Translations under genes and position numbers: made by a program
Notes under the pieces: model-generated
Database searches by the model: none
Seen by the model: the letters and a program-made list of their open reading frames with translations, nothing else
What the model was told of the DNA's origin: nothing
NCBI GenBank assembly: GCA_030141605.1
Contig: JAQGDQ010000403.1
Span: 62,001 to 126,000 of the forward strand
Origin: Tubiluchus corallicola
Lineage: Eukaryota; Animalia; Priapulida
DNA length: 64,000 bases
Direction: 5' to 3'
In this document: in pieces, positions 1 to 12,800 of the stretch
How the letters are laid out: each line of letters opens with the position of its first letter
Numbering within the stretch: position 1 is the stretch's first letter

Positions 1-1074
1 AGGCCTACAGGGACCGCACACACTCACAGGCTCTACACACAGGCCAACAGGTCTGTTTGCACAGCTATAGGATGCTGGTGTAGCAGCGGTACTATGCTGA
101 AATTTGCGACTTTTTGAAAACTTTAGACTTTTTTGTCCAAGGAAGTATCGTTCCACATTTCATTTTGACATTATTTCCTGCGTATTATTTTCTTAAAACT
201 TGTGTGTGATAAAATTCTGTAAATAACAATTTAGTTAGAGGCACATTAATAACGTTGGGTTAACTGAGAGTTAATTTTCTCATTATTGCTCTGTCCGCTA
301 ATTATAGGCCTGCATGCAGTATAAAAGGGGTTAAAAATTGGCTTAACCATTATTTAACCACTTCGGATACCTCGCCCTCCCAGAAAATTTTTGCGCCCCC
401 CCCCTGCTTGCCACATCTACTTCCGGCCCTGGATAGCCCTCGATTTAATGTTGTCCGTTGAATGGTCTACATTTCGAATTGGGGCCAACGAAGACTGTTA
501 AAATAGGCACTTTCGTTTATTTTTCATAAACTATACACCTTTTAGTTTAACTGAGAGAACGAGCACATGCCATTAGTTGAAGCAGTAATTCCTAGTGTTT
601 CTTGGTCTGGGCACTTAACCAGCCCTTATTTTTTTCAAACTGCTTATAACCTCATTATCACTGCTTATGGGTGCCTGTCACTCAATTTGTATTTCACTTA
701 AATAACTAAATCTGGCTAGATGACTGTGATGACCTGGTGAAGTTCAGTTATAATTTTTCGTTTGTCAGGATCATTTTAACAGGTCAAGCTTTTGTCTCTA
801 ACTGATCATAAAGTGTTTGTGGTGTGTTGGCGAACTAACAAAGGTGCTTTAGGTACTGGCGCACTCTCCTAAGGCTAGTATTCTAATTATACTGAAGCTT
901 AAAATAGAAATAAACGGTTTAACTATGAAAGCAATATATTAATGATTATTATTGAATATGTCAAAGTAGTGATAAACAAACAATACATTATACAAAATAG
1001 CAATACAATACATAATATCCCCAGAACTCTGTAATGGTGCAGTTTCTGCGTTGGCAGCTAAGTAAGTAGGTAAG

Positions 1075-1343
1075 TGAGTGAGTGAGTGAGTGAGTGAGTG
1101 AGTGAGTAAGTAGGTAAGTGAATGAGTGAGTGAGTGAGTGAGTGAGTGAGTGAGTGAGTGAGTGAGTGAGTGAGTGAGTGAGTGAGTGAGTGAGTGAGTG
1201 AGTGAGTGAGTGAGTGAGTGAGTGAGTGAGTGAGTGAGTGAGTGAGTGAGTGAGTGAGTGAGTGAGTGAGTGAGTGAGTGAGTGAGTGAGTGAGTGAGTG
1301 AGTGAGTGAGTGAGTGAGTGAGTGAGTGAGTGAGTGAGTGAGT
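1075..1343. repeat. (GAGT)n tetranucleotide microsatellite
   Basis: Near-perfect GAGT run of about 270 bp; it explains the spurious THSL-repeat ORFs 939..1553 and 988..1482. Confidence 0.98.
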
Positions 1344-2197
1344 AAGTAAATAAGTAAAGAAGGAAGGAAGGAAGGAAGTTCCTCCTGATGACTCCAAAAA
1401 CCTGTATTTGTATTTGTTTCTTGTCTTCCTTACTTCTTTCATAACATATTCCTTGTAAAATATTATAACTATACGCATACAAAATTTCTCTCCATTAATA
1501 CAAACTATTTTATGATTATAATTACACTCCTGCAAAAATAAGAATATATTCACCTCTCAAAAAACTAAAACCATAACATGTAAACCTACTCCCATGACCT
1601 TCTTTCTCCAAACTGTTATAGCGCTATCCTGTTCTTACTGACCTAACTTACTTTTCCTTTTTCACATTTATTACATAGTTATTTTCTCTCTAGTACAAAC
1701 TACATATACTAACAAATGCCATGCTGGTCGGCCGTTGCTTAGCGATATGCTTCAGTACAACCTAAAGACATGTGCTCGCATCTAGCATAGCCTCCGTGGT
1801 TATCGCATTTCTAGGAGCAATTTTTACATTGGTTTGCATAAACAAAAATAAATAAGGAAGGAAGTAAATAAATAAGTAAGTCAATGAGTAAGTAGGTTAT
1901 ATGATTTCAAACACTAAGTTCATATAGTACATTTGAAATAAAAAGTTGAAATTTACAAAAATTATAAGACAAACTTAATAAAGAAAATGTCTACAAAATG
2001 CAACGAATCACCTTTAAATTCTAAACACCCTTTACTGTATTTTAACTCGTTTCGTCAAAACACAATAAAATTCATTGGTAAAGTTCTTTTTTCAATTTCT
2101 TTGTACTTCCATTAACAATTAATGCTGACCGTTGCTCAGTAATATAGATAGGCAGTTCCTAATGAGTTGCTTCATGCCATACATTGTCTCCATGGTT

Positions 2198-2285
2198 TTC
2201 ATTCCACGAACAAAAAACAAGATGATCAAGGTTATTAGTCGCTTCATTCACGAACAACAAACAAGATGTCAGGGTTATTAGTCGC
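2198..2285. repeat. Imperfect ~44-bp tandem duplication just upstream of the lectin gene
   Basis: ttcatt(c)cacgaacaa-aaacaagatg-tca-ggttattagtcgc occurs twice head to tail. Confidence 0.85.
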
Positions 2286-2387
2286 TAAGCGTTAAATGCG
2301 CAATGCTATGTGATAATAACACATCTGAACATATTACAATGGACTGAGACATCAAATTTCATCACTTCATTCCTTGTTGGTGACGAG

Positions 2388-3281
2388 ATGATTTGGAAGA
2401 GTCTTGGAACTTGTCTGTTTTCTGTGCTGGGATGTGCCTGGCTTAGTTTTGCAACTGACAAAACCGCTTATAGCAAAGTCTTGACAGATAAAATCGTGTC
2501 AGAGTGTGTACTTGAGACGAGATATATTGGAAGTGAGCTTGGTTGTGCCCACCTGTGTAATAGGCAACCATGGTGCATTGGTTTCAACATTGGTCCCAAC
2601 GATAACAGGTTCCAGTGTGACCTCAGTGCATACGCGGCAAATGACTCAGCCCAAACTCCAAAACTCAATTTCGATTTTTACGAGAGAGGTAAGTTTGCCA
2701 ATTTCTGTTTATAATGTGAGATATATTGATTTTACTAGTGAACATAATTCCTACAATATTCCCGTACTGCGACAAATGCAATCATCATTCTGCTTTCTTT
2801 CTAATGGAACTTTCTAAAACAATTTACAATTAACAGTTACATGACGCCATATACTTTTAATATTTGATTTTTTGCAGTTAACATTGGCGACTGTCCATCG
2901 GAATTTCTGGAATTTCGAGGTTCTTGCTATTATTTAAACACAACAAAAGTTAAAGGTTGGAATAAAGCCCGCCAGGCGTGTTTTGACAAAGGAGCTGATT
3001 TAGTTAGCTTCGAATCGCCCACAGAACTGGCTCACATTTATTCCTACGTACGTAAATATTTCTTCACAAGCGGGACAGAAGTCGCAGATAAAGGGAATTA
3101 CGTATGGGAAGCCACGGGGATAGCAGTGGATGCCTGTGCACCCCTCCCATGGCACATTGCAGGAAACTGGGTGGAACCTCAAAACAGGACTGGTGAAAAT
3201 TACCTCGTTGTTGTCACTGCTGCTTCTTACGGGGATCACTATGAAACAGCAAAGCTGCAATTTGTGTGTGAAAAGCAATAA
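2388..3281 (+). CDS. Secreted PAN/apple domain + C-type lectin domain protein, 2 coding exons (2388-2688, 2878-3281), about 234 aa
   Basis: Signal peptide MIWKSLGTCLFSVLGCAWLSFA; PAN-like pattern CAHLC...C.GFN...C.L in exon 1; phase-1 intron GTAAGT...TTTGCAG; exon 2 reads CPSEFLEFRGSCYY...GWNKARQACFDKGADLVSFESPTEL...YVWE...EPQN...FVCEKQ*, a C-type lectin fold. AATAAA overlaps the stop codon. Confidence 0.88.
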
Positions 3282-3374
3282 AGTACATGTACAATTAAAG
3301 TTACTTTTGCTTTGCTTCCTCCTTCTTGTCAGTAGATGTCGCCGTGTTATGCACATTCATGATGTTATGGTTAA

Positions 3375-3966
3375 AGGAAAACCGGACCCAATCTTAAACT
3401 ATAGGTGAAAGCAATCTACTCTTGAAACGGAATATGTTATTTTTTAAGACCTGCTTGCGTGAAAGAATTATTGCCCCATAAACGTAATTTCGCGTTCGCA
3501 CGGCTAGTTTTTCGCTGTTACATGTATTACACCATTCGTTAGTTAGATGGGCACTAAAGCCTGCATTTCGTTGCACAATGAATAGGCGCTGTGTGTCTTT
3601 CAGTTTAGAGGTGTTTAGTTGTGACGTACACACGTTCGAGAGCTCATACGTGAGCACAGCGGTAAATTTGAAATTTTAATTTTTATCTTAAAACTTGTGA
3701 AGTTTGAGTATAACACACTGTATCTCTAACAGTAGCACTGTACTTCAATTTTGGGTTTCACATGCAACATGCTCATGGAACGTTTTTTATTTTGAAAATG
3801 ACGTTCAGTTGCGCCATCATCAATAGTTGGGCTCGTCCGCCGTTAACTAATATTTTACTCTATTATTTAATTATTAGAAATGATTTTGCAGGATTATTGG
3901 TGTTAAAATGTATACATTTTACCGTACTTCAGTGGGGTAGCATATAAAAAGTTATTCTTTCTTCCT
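3375..3966 (+). mobile_element. Non-autonomous DNA transposon, Kolobok-like (TTAA target, AG...CT ends); second copy at 45419-46028
   Basis: Homologous along its length to the reverse complement of 45419-46028; starts ttaa|AGGAAA and ends TTCCT|tga. Confidence 0.7.
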
Positions 3967-4780
3967 TGACCAACGCAGTCGCGGATTACTGCTGTTGCTG
4001 CTGCTGCCATCTACTTAAATTATCACTGGGCTAGCAAAATCTGACCGACTTTAACAGGTTTGATTGCTTTTGTACCATTCAACTTTTGCATTCTCTTTTT
4101 AATTACTTTAGCTAGTAATCAATCATACGATTCACTTCAAATTTTCATATTATTTTCATTACTTTTTTTATCTTTCACAGTGTGGGACAATCTAACAAGC
4201 CCTGCTTTTTGTTTGTCCGCAACACATTTACATTTGTACATATATAGCAAACCTAAACTATGGTATATCTAAACTAGTTATGTGCTCAAAGTAAACTGTA
4301 TACGAATTTATTAAGCAACATACAACAGCGATAATTCTCTTGTTTATCTTTTAACCCCACAGTGTTTTGAGAGTCAAGTTGGTATATTTGTAATGATGCT
4401 GTACATAACGTTGTTTAGACACCAGTATTAAAGGAAGCAGCGATATCACTATCTTTGTTTACCATAGGTTGACCGACGTCTAAAGACAGTTTAAATCATT
4501 TTTTCCAAAATTTGCTTCCTATTATGTATCTTACTGTTTGTTATTCATTGAATTATTGATAACTTTTTGTTTCTTTTAATGTATTAATTGTGTATTTGTG
4601 TTGATGTGAAATAAATAAACAAATAATACATATCTTCGGTTTCCATACAATCACTTAAAACATATATATTTGTATTTTCAACTCATGGAGTTAATCTTTA
4701 ATATCTGTGTATTACATATATTTCACTTATAGTAGTACACTACAAACAGTCACAGTATCACAATTATACCACTACATCGT

Positions 4781-5149
<369 letters not shown>

Positions 5150-6653
5150 ATTACACTTCCATCTGTATACATTGTAATTATAGCTGTTCATAAACAATTA
5201 ATATAACGGATTATTAGTTACATAATTAATGCATTTGTAATTAATAAAACTTTACATCAGCGTCGCGCGTGAATTTAATATAACGGATTATTGGTTGCAT
5301 AATTAATGCAATTTACGTTAGTGTCGCGCGTGACAATCATAATGATCATTGTCATGAAAAATGTCAAATAAGCAAATTTCTTGTACGGTGTTCGTGACAG
5401 AATAATGCTCAATTTTAATGCAATAAGTATAGGCGCAGGTTCCCTTCCTATTGTATACATAACGGCAAAATCACAATTCCAAGATGGGACATGGAAAGAT
5501 AACTTTTGTGTGAAACGAAATTATAACAAAACTTTCAATTTGGGAAAAATTGAGCGGCCAGTTGAAATAATCATTAATCAATTTTAATCGATTTCAAGTA
5601 AAATACTGTTTACAAACAATAGTGTTTTGTGAGTTTTCACAACAGCGTATCACTGACAAGCAAATTACATGACAGTATAGACGAGCCGTTGTACATACCA
5701 ATGTTCCAAATAAAAGTAATAGCGCCTTGTAACAATAACCTTTCATATTTTTGCTCATATATGACATCTTATAAAGGCATATCGCTAGACATCAGACATT
5801 ATTTTATTAATAATGTTGTATGTAATTTGCAATTATTAAATTATGTTAGGAATAAATATATCTAAAATTTGAAAATCTGTTATTTCCAACTTACATAATT
5901 TGTCTAATTAGTAAATACTTCTTTTAGTAAATAAGTCTGCGTTGACGTAAATTTACCGCTCTTGATTGCTTTTGCATTTCTTTTTCAGTTACATAATCAT
6001 ATATACATTATTTTGTTACCAAGAATTTTATAAATAGAAGAACATTATTATTATTACTAGCAAAGGCCCCGCAAAAAATTTTGCGTATAAGTACACTTAT
6101 AATCAAAAATACGCGAACATCCTACACAGTCCTCATTCATAACGCAAAGCCAGCAGCAGCAGCTTTTACTGAATTAAAGCTATAAGATTGTAGACAGAGT
6201 ATAATGGATGACGTCACAACAATGGCTTTTGCGTCAGCAGTTTTCCAAGCGAAAATTGCCGAAAATAGAACATCTAATTAACCCGTCGATACTCCTTTCG
6301 GTGGACGTGTACTAAAATATAGCCCACATCATCGTATAGCCCTGTTCTTGTTCTTTCTAAAGAGCTGTATATCTTCTTCCGAGAGTCCCACCAGACGCCG
6401 CCAGAACGTTTTATCCAGATGCTGTTTGACCAAAATTTCGAATATATTAATCGTATAATTTAATTCTGCTGGTATGTTATATATTTATATATCGTAATAC
6501 TAATTCTATTGGTATGTTATATATATATTAATATATACGATGAGTGGACGAAAGTATTCTATGATGTATAGATTACAAAATCGCTCTATTATGCTAATGA
6601 TTTGAGCATTTGAGCAACATGCATAATTTCATATTTGCCCAAAGCCACATTTT

Positions 6654-6800
6654 GACCAGACGGTTTAGTCTAGTGGCAGTGCGTCTGCTTTCTGTCTGGG
6701 AGGTCGTGAGTTCGATACAGCGACCAGGTGATACCAAAAACCATAGAAGTTGTACCTGCTGTTGCCCTGCTTGGCGCGTGGTGTTTAGGGTAAAAGTGTG
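6654..6800 (+). mobile_element. tRNA-derived SINE relic
   Basis: A-box-like TAGTCTAGTGG and B-box-like GTTCGATAC, followed by a core ATACCAAAAA...GTACCTGCTG...CTGCTTGGC shared with 39670-39795 and 18290-18427. Confidence 0.75.
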
Positions 6801-7961
6801 GTAATAATAGTCTCTGTTACGTAGTTGTAGTTTGTTATTTACAGTCGGCGATAATAGCTCTTTGAGTTCATGTTAATTGTTCATCTAAAAGCCGACTTTA
6901 AATAAAATTATTATTACGTGGCCCGTAGTGGCCGGGCTTTCGAAAGCTGGCTGGGCCAAAATGTATAATATATATGGCGTACATGTGATTGTAGTGCAGT
7001 ATTGGTCGACAACACTTTAATTTGTCAGAAAAACTGCTTGCAAATGTTGGCGTTATACAGATCTCTATAGGGCGTACTTTCGTCAAAGTGTAAGGTGACA
7101 TTATATTATTGTATTTCGGATTTTCCCAGAGAAGGTACCTCAATTAAAGATAACGAGGCGGCATTTCTGTCATTCCCTTCAAACAAATTTAACTATAGAA
7201 TTCATGGCGATTGAATTTCATCAACACTTGTTCAAAACGTAATTGTAATGCGTTAATAACGGGAAAGTAAGCTTTGCAGACCTTGCAAAGCCGCGCAGTT
7301 TTGCGACAAACATGTAATCAAAGACATCTATGCCCAGTGTTCTATTTTACTGTTAATTTAGATTTTCTTGGACGACAAAAATATTTTACGCATTGTACGT
7401 TTGTTTAAATATTGAAGCAAAATGAACTTGCTTGAATTGTAACTAACACTTGTCTTTATGAACGCGCTTGCACTTTGTGAACATGGATTCGAATATATTT
7501 TGGGAGTTTTTTTCAGTTCGCGTCCAGTACCTAATGTTCTTCTTCAGTTCTTTTGTAAGACTTTATTTAGCCTAATTTCTCAGGTCTCCAAGAGCTTCAT
7601 TGTTTGTGATAATTCATACAGCAAACATAAAAGATTTCGATTTGGTATCTTCCCACTAGTGTACCCTTTCCCTTTCAATTTGCGTAAACTGGAACTTGCA
7701 AAGACTGAATGTTGGACCCAACTCAAAACTTTGCCTATTTGGTGAAAACACATTTCGTGTGTCTTGGCTCGTTGAAAAAAGAAGGGTCCTACAAAAAACC
7801 GCGTGGATTGCCTAGTTTCAAAACTAAGCCTTAAAACAAAGCCTTTGTGAATCAGAATCTTATTACAGTCTTACTCTTCCATATTCACACAAAAGAGAAT
7901 AGCGTAAATTCGTGATTTAAAATCTTTGGTGACGGTGTACGACGACAACAATACAATTTAA

Positions 7962-8996
7962 ATGGGACAACTGGAAGACATCTTTAAACCGGAAGAGCTG
8001 CAAAACATTTCCTTCTCAAGTTCAGTACAATACAATGAATCAGTTCACTCGTTTTCCACTACTGACAATGGGCCCTACACCTCGTGCAAAGGTGTTTTGG
8101 AACACAACATCGCTCATTTTATATCAAATTCTATTAATTTGTTGCTTGGTGCCTGTATTTTAACTGGTAACTTTTTGATCCTCGTGACAATTATTTACAC
8201 ACCTTCACTACATGAAGTGCCTTTCTACTTCATCGCAAACCTCGCTGTAGCCGATTCAATGACTGGTGTTGGATTGCTTATTCTCTTCGCAGGATTTTTT
8301 GGAGGCTTTCGTTGCAACATATATTTTTGTACATGTGTGATGAGCCTACAGTTATTCAACGTCTATGGTTCCATAATATTATACGTGGCTGTTACAGTTG
8401 AAAGATATGTAGGAGTTGTTTATCCGCTGCATTATCCTAGGTGGGTCACACAAAAGACTGCCAGTGTTGCTATAGTATCTGCATGGACTCTTACTATTCT
8501 TATCACAGTGCTCGGTGCAGTAATATATTATTTAAGCGACTACACTGGATTATCTTGTATACATTTTATAAGATATTTTGGCACGTATCTTTTCGTTACA
8601 AACACTACAAGTGGTGCAATTATTCTGCCCTTGTTAGTAATTTGTTATTCTCGCATAGGACTGGCTGCATCAAAGCAGTTAAAAGCGATTTCTGCTCAAA
8701 ACAGTCTAAGTGAAAGACGAGGACAAGAAATACACAAGAAAATAAAAATAGCAAAAGCGCTTGGCATGACAGTTGTCCTATACTTGACATTTTGGTCCCC
8801 CTTTTTAGTACTGTTTCCATTGCATTACTTATGTGAACTCCACGAATTGTGTTTCATTCGAATAAGAACACAGATTTTAAATTTTACTTTACTGCTAGGC
8901 ATGTCTAACTCCTTCTCAAACGTGTTTGTGTATGCAGGAAAACTAGAATCTTTTCGACAAGCAGTGAAATCAATCATCTTTCGTAGACGAGAATGA
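7962..8996 (+). CDS. Intronless rhodopsin-like (class A) GPCR, 344 aa, orphan; resembles the melanocortin/adenosine/EDG group
   Basis: Seven hydrophobic segments; GN in TM1, NLAVAD in TM2, ERY in TM3, W in TM4, FWSPF in TM6, NSFSNVFVY in TM7; N-terminal N-glycosylation sequons. Confidence 0.93.
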   Translation: MGQLEDIFKPEELQNISFSSSVQYNESVHSFSTTDNGPYTSCKGVLEHNIAHFISNSINLLLGACILTGNFLILVTIIYTPSLHEVPFYFIANLAVADSMTGVGLLILFAGFFGGFRCNIYFCTCVMSLQLFNVYGSIILYVAVTVERYVGVVYPLHYPRWVTQKTASVAIVSAWTLTILITVLGAVIYYLSDYTGLSCIHFIRYFGTYLFVTNTTSGAIILPLLVICYSRIGLAASKQLKAISAQNSLSERRGQEIHKKIKIAKALGMTVVLYLTFWSPFLVLFPLHYLCELHELCFIRIRTQILNFTLLLGMSNSFSNVFVYAGKLESFRQAVKSIIFRRRE

Positions 8997-9845
8997 AATC
9001 TGATGCACCACGATTATAGTTATGTAAAGCTGCAAACAGGTATAGATTAATGGTCTTAATAAGAGGGAATGTCATTCCATTGGCAAAAGGACATTAACAT
9101 TATTATGAACTGCATTAACATTATCACGCCAGCCATTTTAAGTTCAAAAGCTGTACGTACAAACAAATGTTGCAATGGGTTTTCCTTCGAGTGTTTACAA
9201 AACCTTGAAAATGAGTCTTTCTTTAAGGTGTACAAATGACGTGTTGCACTCCATGAAAATGGTATTTGTTTGGATTGTACAACTAAATGGTTTCATGGTA
9301 ACATAACATACACACACAACTGAAATTTTGATGTAAATACCCAGTACAAGCAATATTAATTAAAGTGGACTAACTTAAGATATTGGCCAACAAAAATCTC
9401 GATCACTGTTCTTATTCATGTCTACTTCATACATGTATTCAGCATAAAACGTTTGCATGCATGCGAAATATGATAAGTAAATTGTTCTCGCCTAATGTAC
9501 TTGACAACATGTAATGGATGTTTGTAAACAATTTAGATGTATCATAGTTGTTGTACAGTTTGTGTATTGTATAGGGCTTCTTATTCTAGCTTTATTAAAC
9601 TACTTATTAAGATATATATAGCAGCATAGGTAAATAAAAATTATTGCACAAATTCAGTTTATGGAAGAATACAAAATTAATATTACGTTTATTTGCCATA
9701 TCAGATTATATGTATTCCTACAATCAGAAAAATACTTCTATCCGTCACAAATTCAAGTTGAATATTTAAAATAACCAATATTACAAAAATACTTTACATC
9801 ATGTACACTGTCACCTTCTAAAATTAAAGGTTAAAGGAAGTACCA

Positions 9846-12800
9846 TCACGTCTTTTTAGATTTTTTCGTTGGATTGCCTGTGCTAGATGAAGAGCTTGTG
9901 GCAGTGCGTGAACTTTGAACTTGTGAGAATCGCTGTACTGTAGAAACGCCATCTACAAACTTTGTCTTGAACAACACGTTGGCATTATTAAACATCCCAT
10001 CTTTCAATGAAACAACTATGAACTAAAATAAAAACATGGGCATGTAATTCCAACTAGCAAATTAAACTAGATGGAAGTAAACAGCTAATTTTATCGTAGT
10101 CGCTACAGAGTTGCTTGCCTTTGCACTCGTCAATTGAAAACTTACAAACAATTTCAAAGCATTTTAAGTAAAAAGTAAAGACAGCTAAAAATTCAAAAGT
10201 TGTGAAAAGACATAATATTTTCAAAAAAAAGCCATTAAACTGTCACTGAATGGATAGAAAGTTCATTAATTTAACAAGCTCAACTATGAATGAGTAATGT
10301 CACAGCAACACGTCAACATAATTTTCATTCATATTTTGTGATAACCAACTGCATTTAATTTAATTTAATATTTTATTTCAAACTTTACAAAGTTCATATC
10401 ACATCACAAATTGATACAAATAATACAATAAATCATGACACACAACAATAACACAAATAACTATTAACGACATAACAAAAGAAGTAAAGTTTGCATCGCT
10501 GTTTAAAATGTTCTTGCATATAAAATTTTCACTCTTATTCAGCCTGACTTGTAAACTGTATGCGCATTTTCTGTGAATCACATCAAAATAAATAATATTA
10601 AGTCTAGTAGAAATATATCTGGCGCTTGTGTCATATGAAAAGTTAAACAGCTTGCATGTTGATACATTATATGCAACCTTGAGTTTGCTAAGATTGTAAG
10701 AATAAAAATGTCTCAAAGTGGACATACAATAAAAAGTAGTGCAGTAAGCATTAAACAATTGTCTCTTCACGTTAACTGAACAGTGAGTAAATTTCATGAG
10801 TAATTTATTTGCTCTACCATAGTAAATTGAACATTGTCGTAATATATCTAAATGCATTGAGCTGTGCTGCAGTGTTAACAATGCTTCAGCATCATCTTCT
10901 AATGTAGCAAGCAGAAATGTTTTACCAAAATAGATGAATAGATGAACATTTTGACCACAAAAAAACATGCAAACCTGCTAGCCTCTACTCCTTAACTTTA
11001 TGAAAAGCCGTAAAATCTTGCCTCAAACTAGAGCTGTCGTGGCAAGCTGGCAGAGTAATAAAAGAAACGGATAAAACCTAATGCTGTCTAATCTATATTA
11101 CAGGAAAGACGGAGAAAAGTTTTTGCAAGTGCTTAAGACACCGTAATATCAAATATTATCAATTATCCCTACCTGCTGAAGTTGTGTACTATGCACCATT
11201 AATGGTTTACTTGGAAGGAAACATAATCAGTAGTTACAAGACCAGAAAGAAATGCATGTTAAGCTTTATTTATCTGTGTGGCTACTCTTGTGTGGCAGTT
11301 GAACGAATTATAAGCTGAGCAAATACCAGTACATTAGTTAGTAAGACTGTCTAATAGAAAGCAGTAAAAGGTTTATGTGTCACCAATCACTGCTGACATT
11401 ATCAATAGATCTATGGCTATCCGTAGTAAAGAAAAAACCAAAATTGAATTGACGGCGCTTAATAATGAACGAATTATTTATAACGATACATTTCTACAAC
11501 ATGGAATAAGTTCTGACCGATCGATCTATGTACCATAACGTACCAATGTACACAATTTCTATTTCGCCAGCAAAACTAAAGATCCTTGTTTCGAATGATC
11601 AAGTGGCCAGCATTACCAGTTGTGAATAAACTAAACTTTTCTGTCATAGAAAACCAGTTTTGCTTTTTATACGATTCAGCTGCTGAGAACTAATAACAAG
11701 TGCAAGATCAGATATGCACAACATATGATCATGCTGATGCTTGTGGCAGGATCTGAACTGCTCTGAGTATCAAAGATAATTTCCCCGAGATAAGACAGTG
11801 TGTGTGTGTGAGCCAGCAAAGGAGTCTTATCCATATCTAGATGCATATACAATAATTCCTCTACACCACACTCGGCAGCAAAACTACAGAATTTTATAGT
11901 GCACATAGTACACACCTTAGCCACTTTATCCTAATGTCATAATTAATGAATTTATTAAAGCCAACATGGACTTTCATCCATTTCACATCAGTTATTATTA
12001 AGATTAAAATTGTTGGCTATCAGTCCATGACTTAAACTTGTTCTAAACTTTATGAAAATTGATTTAAAATGCTTTGTTGGTGTCTCGACGACAGGCAGAA
12101 AGAAAGGATAGAGCGAGAGACAAATTCAGAAAAACTTAAACCTCCTTATAAACACATTACACGGTTATAATGCAACATATAGCTTAGGACTAAAACTCAA
12201 TATCTCTGCAACCAATATAAATAAGTTATCAAGACATTCCCAAACTGAAATTTACCTGTGAATGTTGAAAATGGGTGCGTAACATCTGACCAATATTCTG
12301 CGTGTGCGACAAGTCCAGTGCAGCATCTACTTCATCTAAGATGTACAATGGAGCAGGTTTGAACAGCAACATGGAAAGAATGAGTGACAGCGCAACCAGT
12401 GACCTGCAAAAGTGGATAATATAGCATTAATAGCACTAGCGACGGTAGCATTTCGGTTTTATATGAGTTTCTTTTGCATTTTAAGTTTGGGTTTAAGGCA
12501 TTTTGGGTTTTCAGTTTTTTTACAAGAATAGAAGTTTGCAAAGCTCAGCACATTTGTGATTTTTCCTCATTTCACTCACCAAAAGTTTTATTTTAACACG
12601 GAATTTATCTTAACCTGGCCCACGCAAAACAAATAAATGGGAAATAATCAAACTGTAGAAACTAATACTTGGGCCAAACAAGCTTCATTCTGTTTTCTGC
12701 TAAGATCATTTTCTCACTGCAGCAGAAATGAGAAACACTGTCATTTTTTTTAAATTAGGGAAACCACAACAAGGAAGTAAAAGTCACATAATAGATACAT

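Noticed and set aside
939-1553. ORFs of THSL repeats
   Set aside because: Translation of the (GAGT)n microsatellite.
6654-6740. Functional tRNA gene (also at 18350-18427 and 39670-39745)
   Set aside because: A and B boxes are present but there is no clean cloverleaf, and each continues into a shared SINE body.
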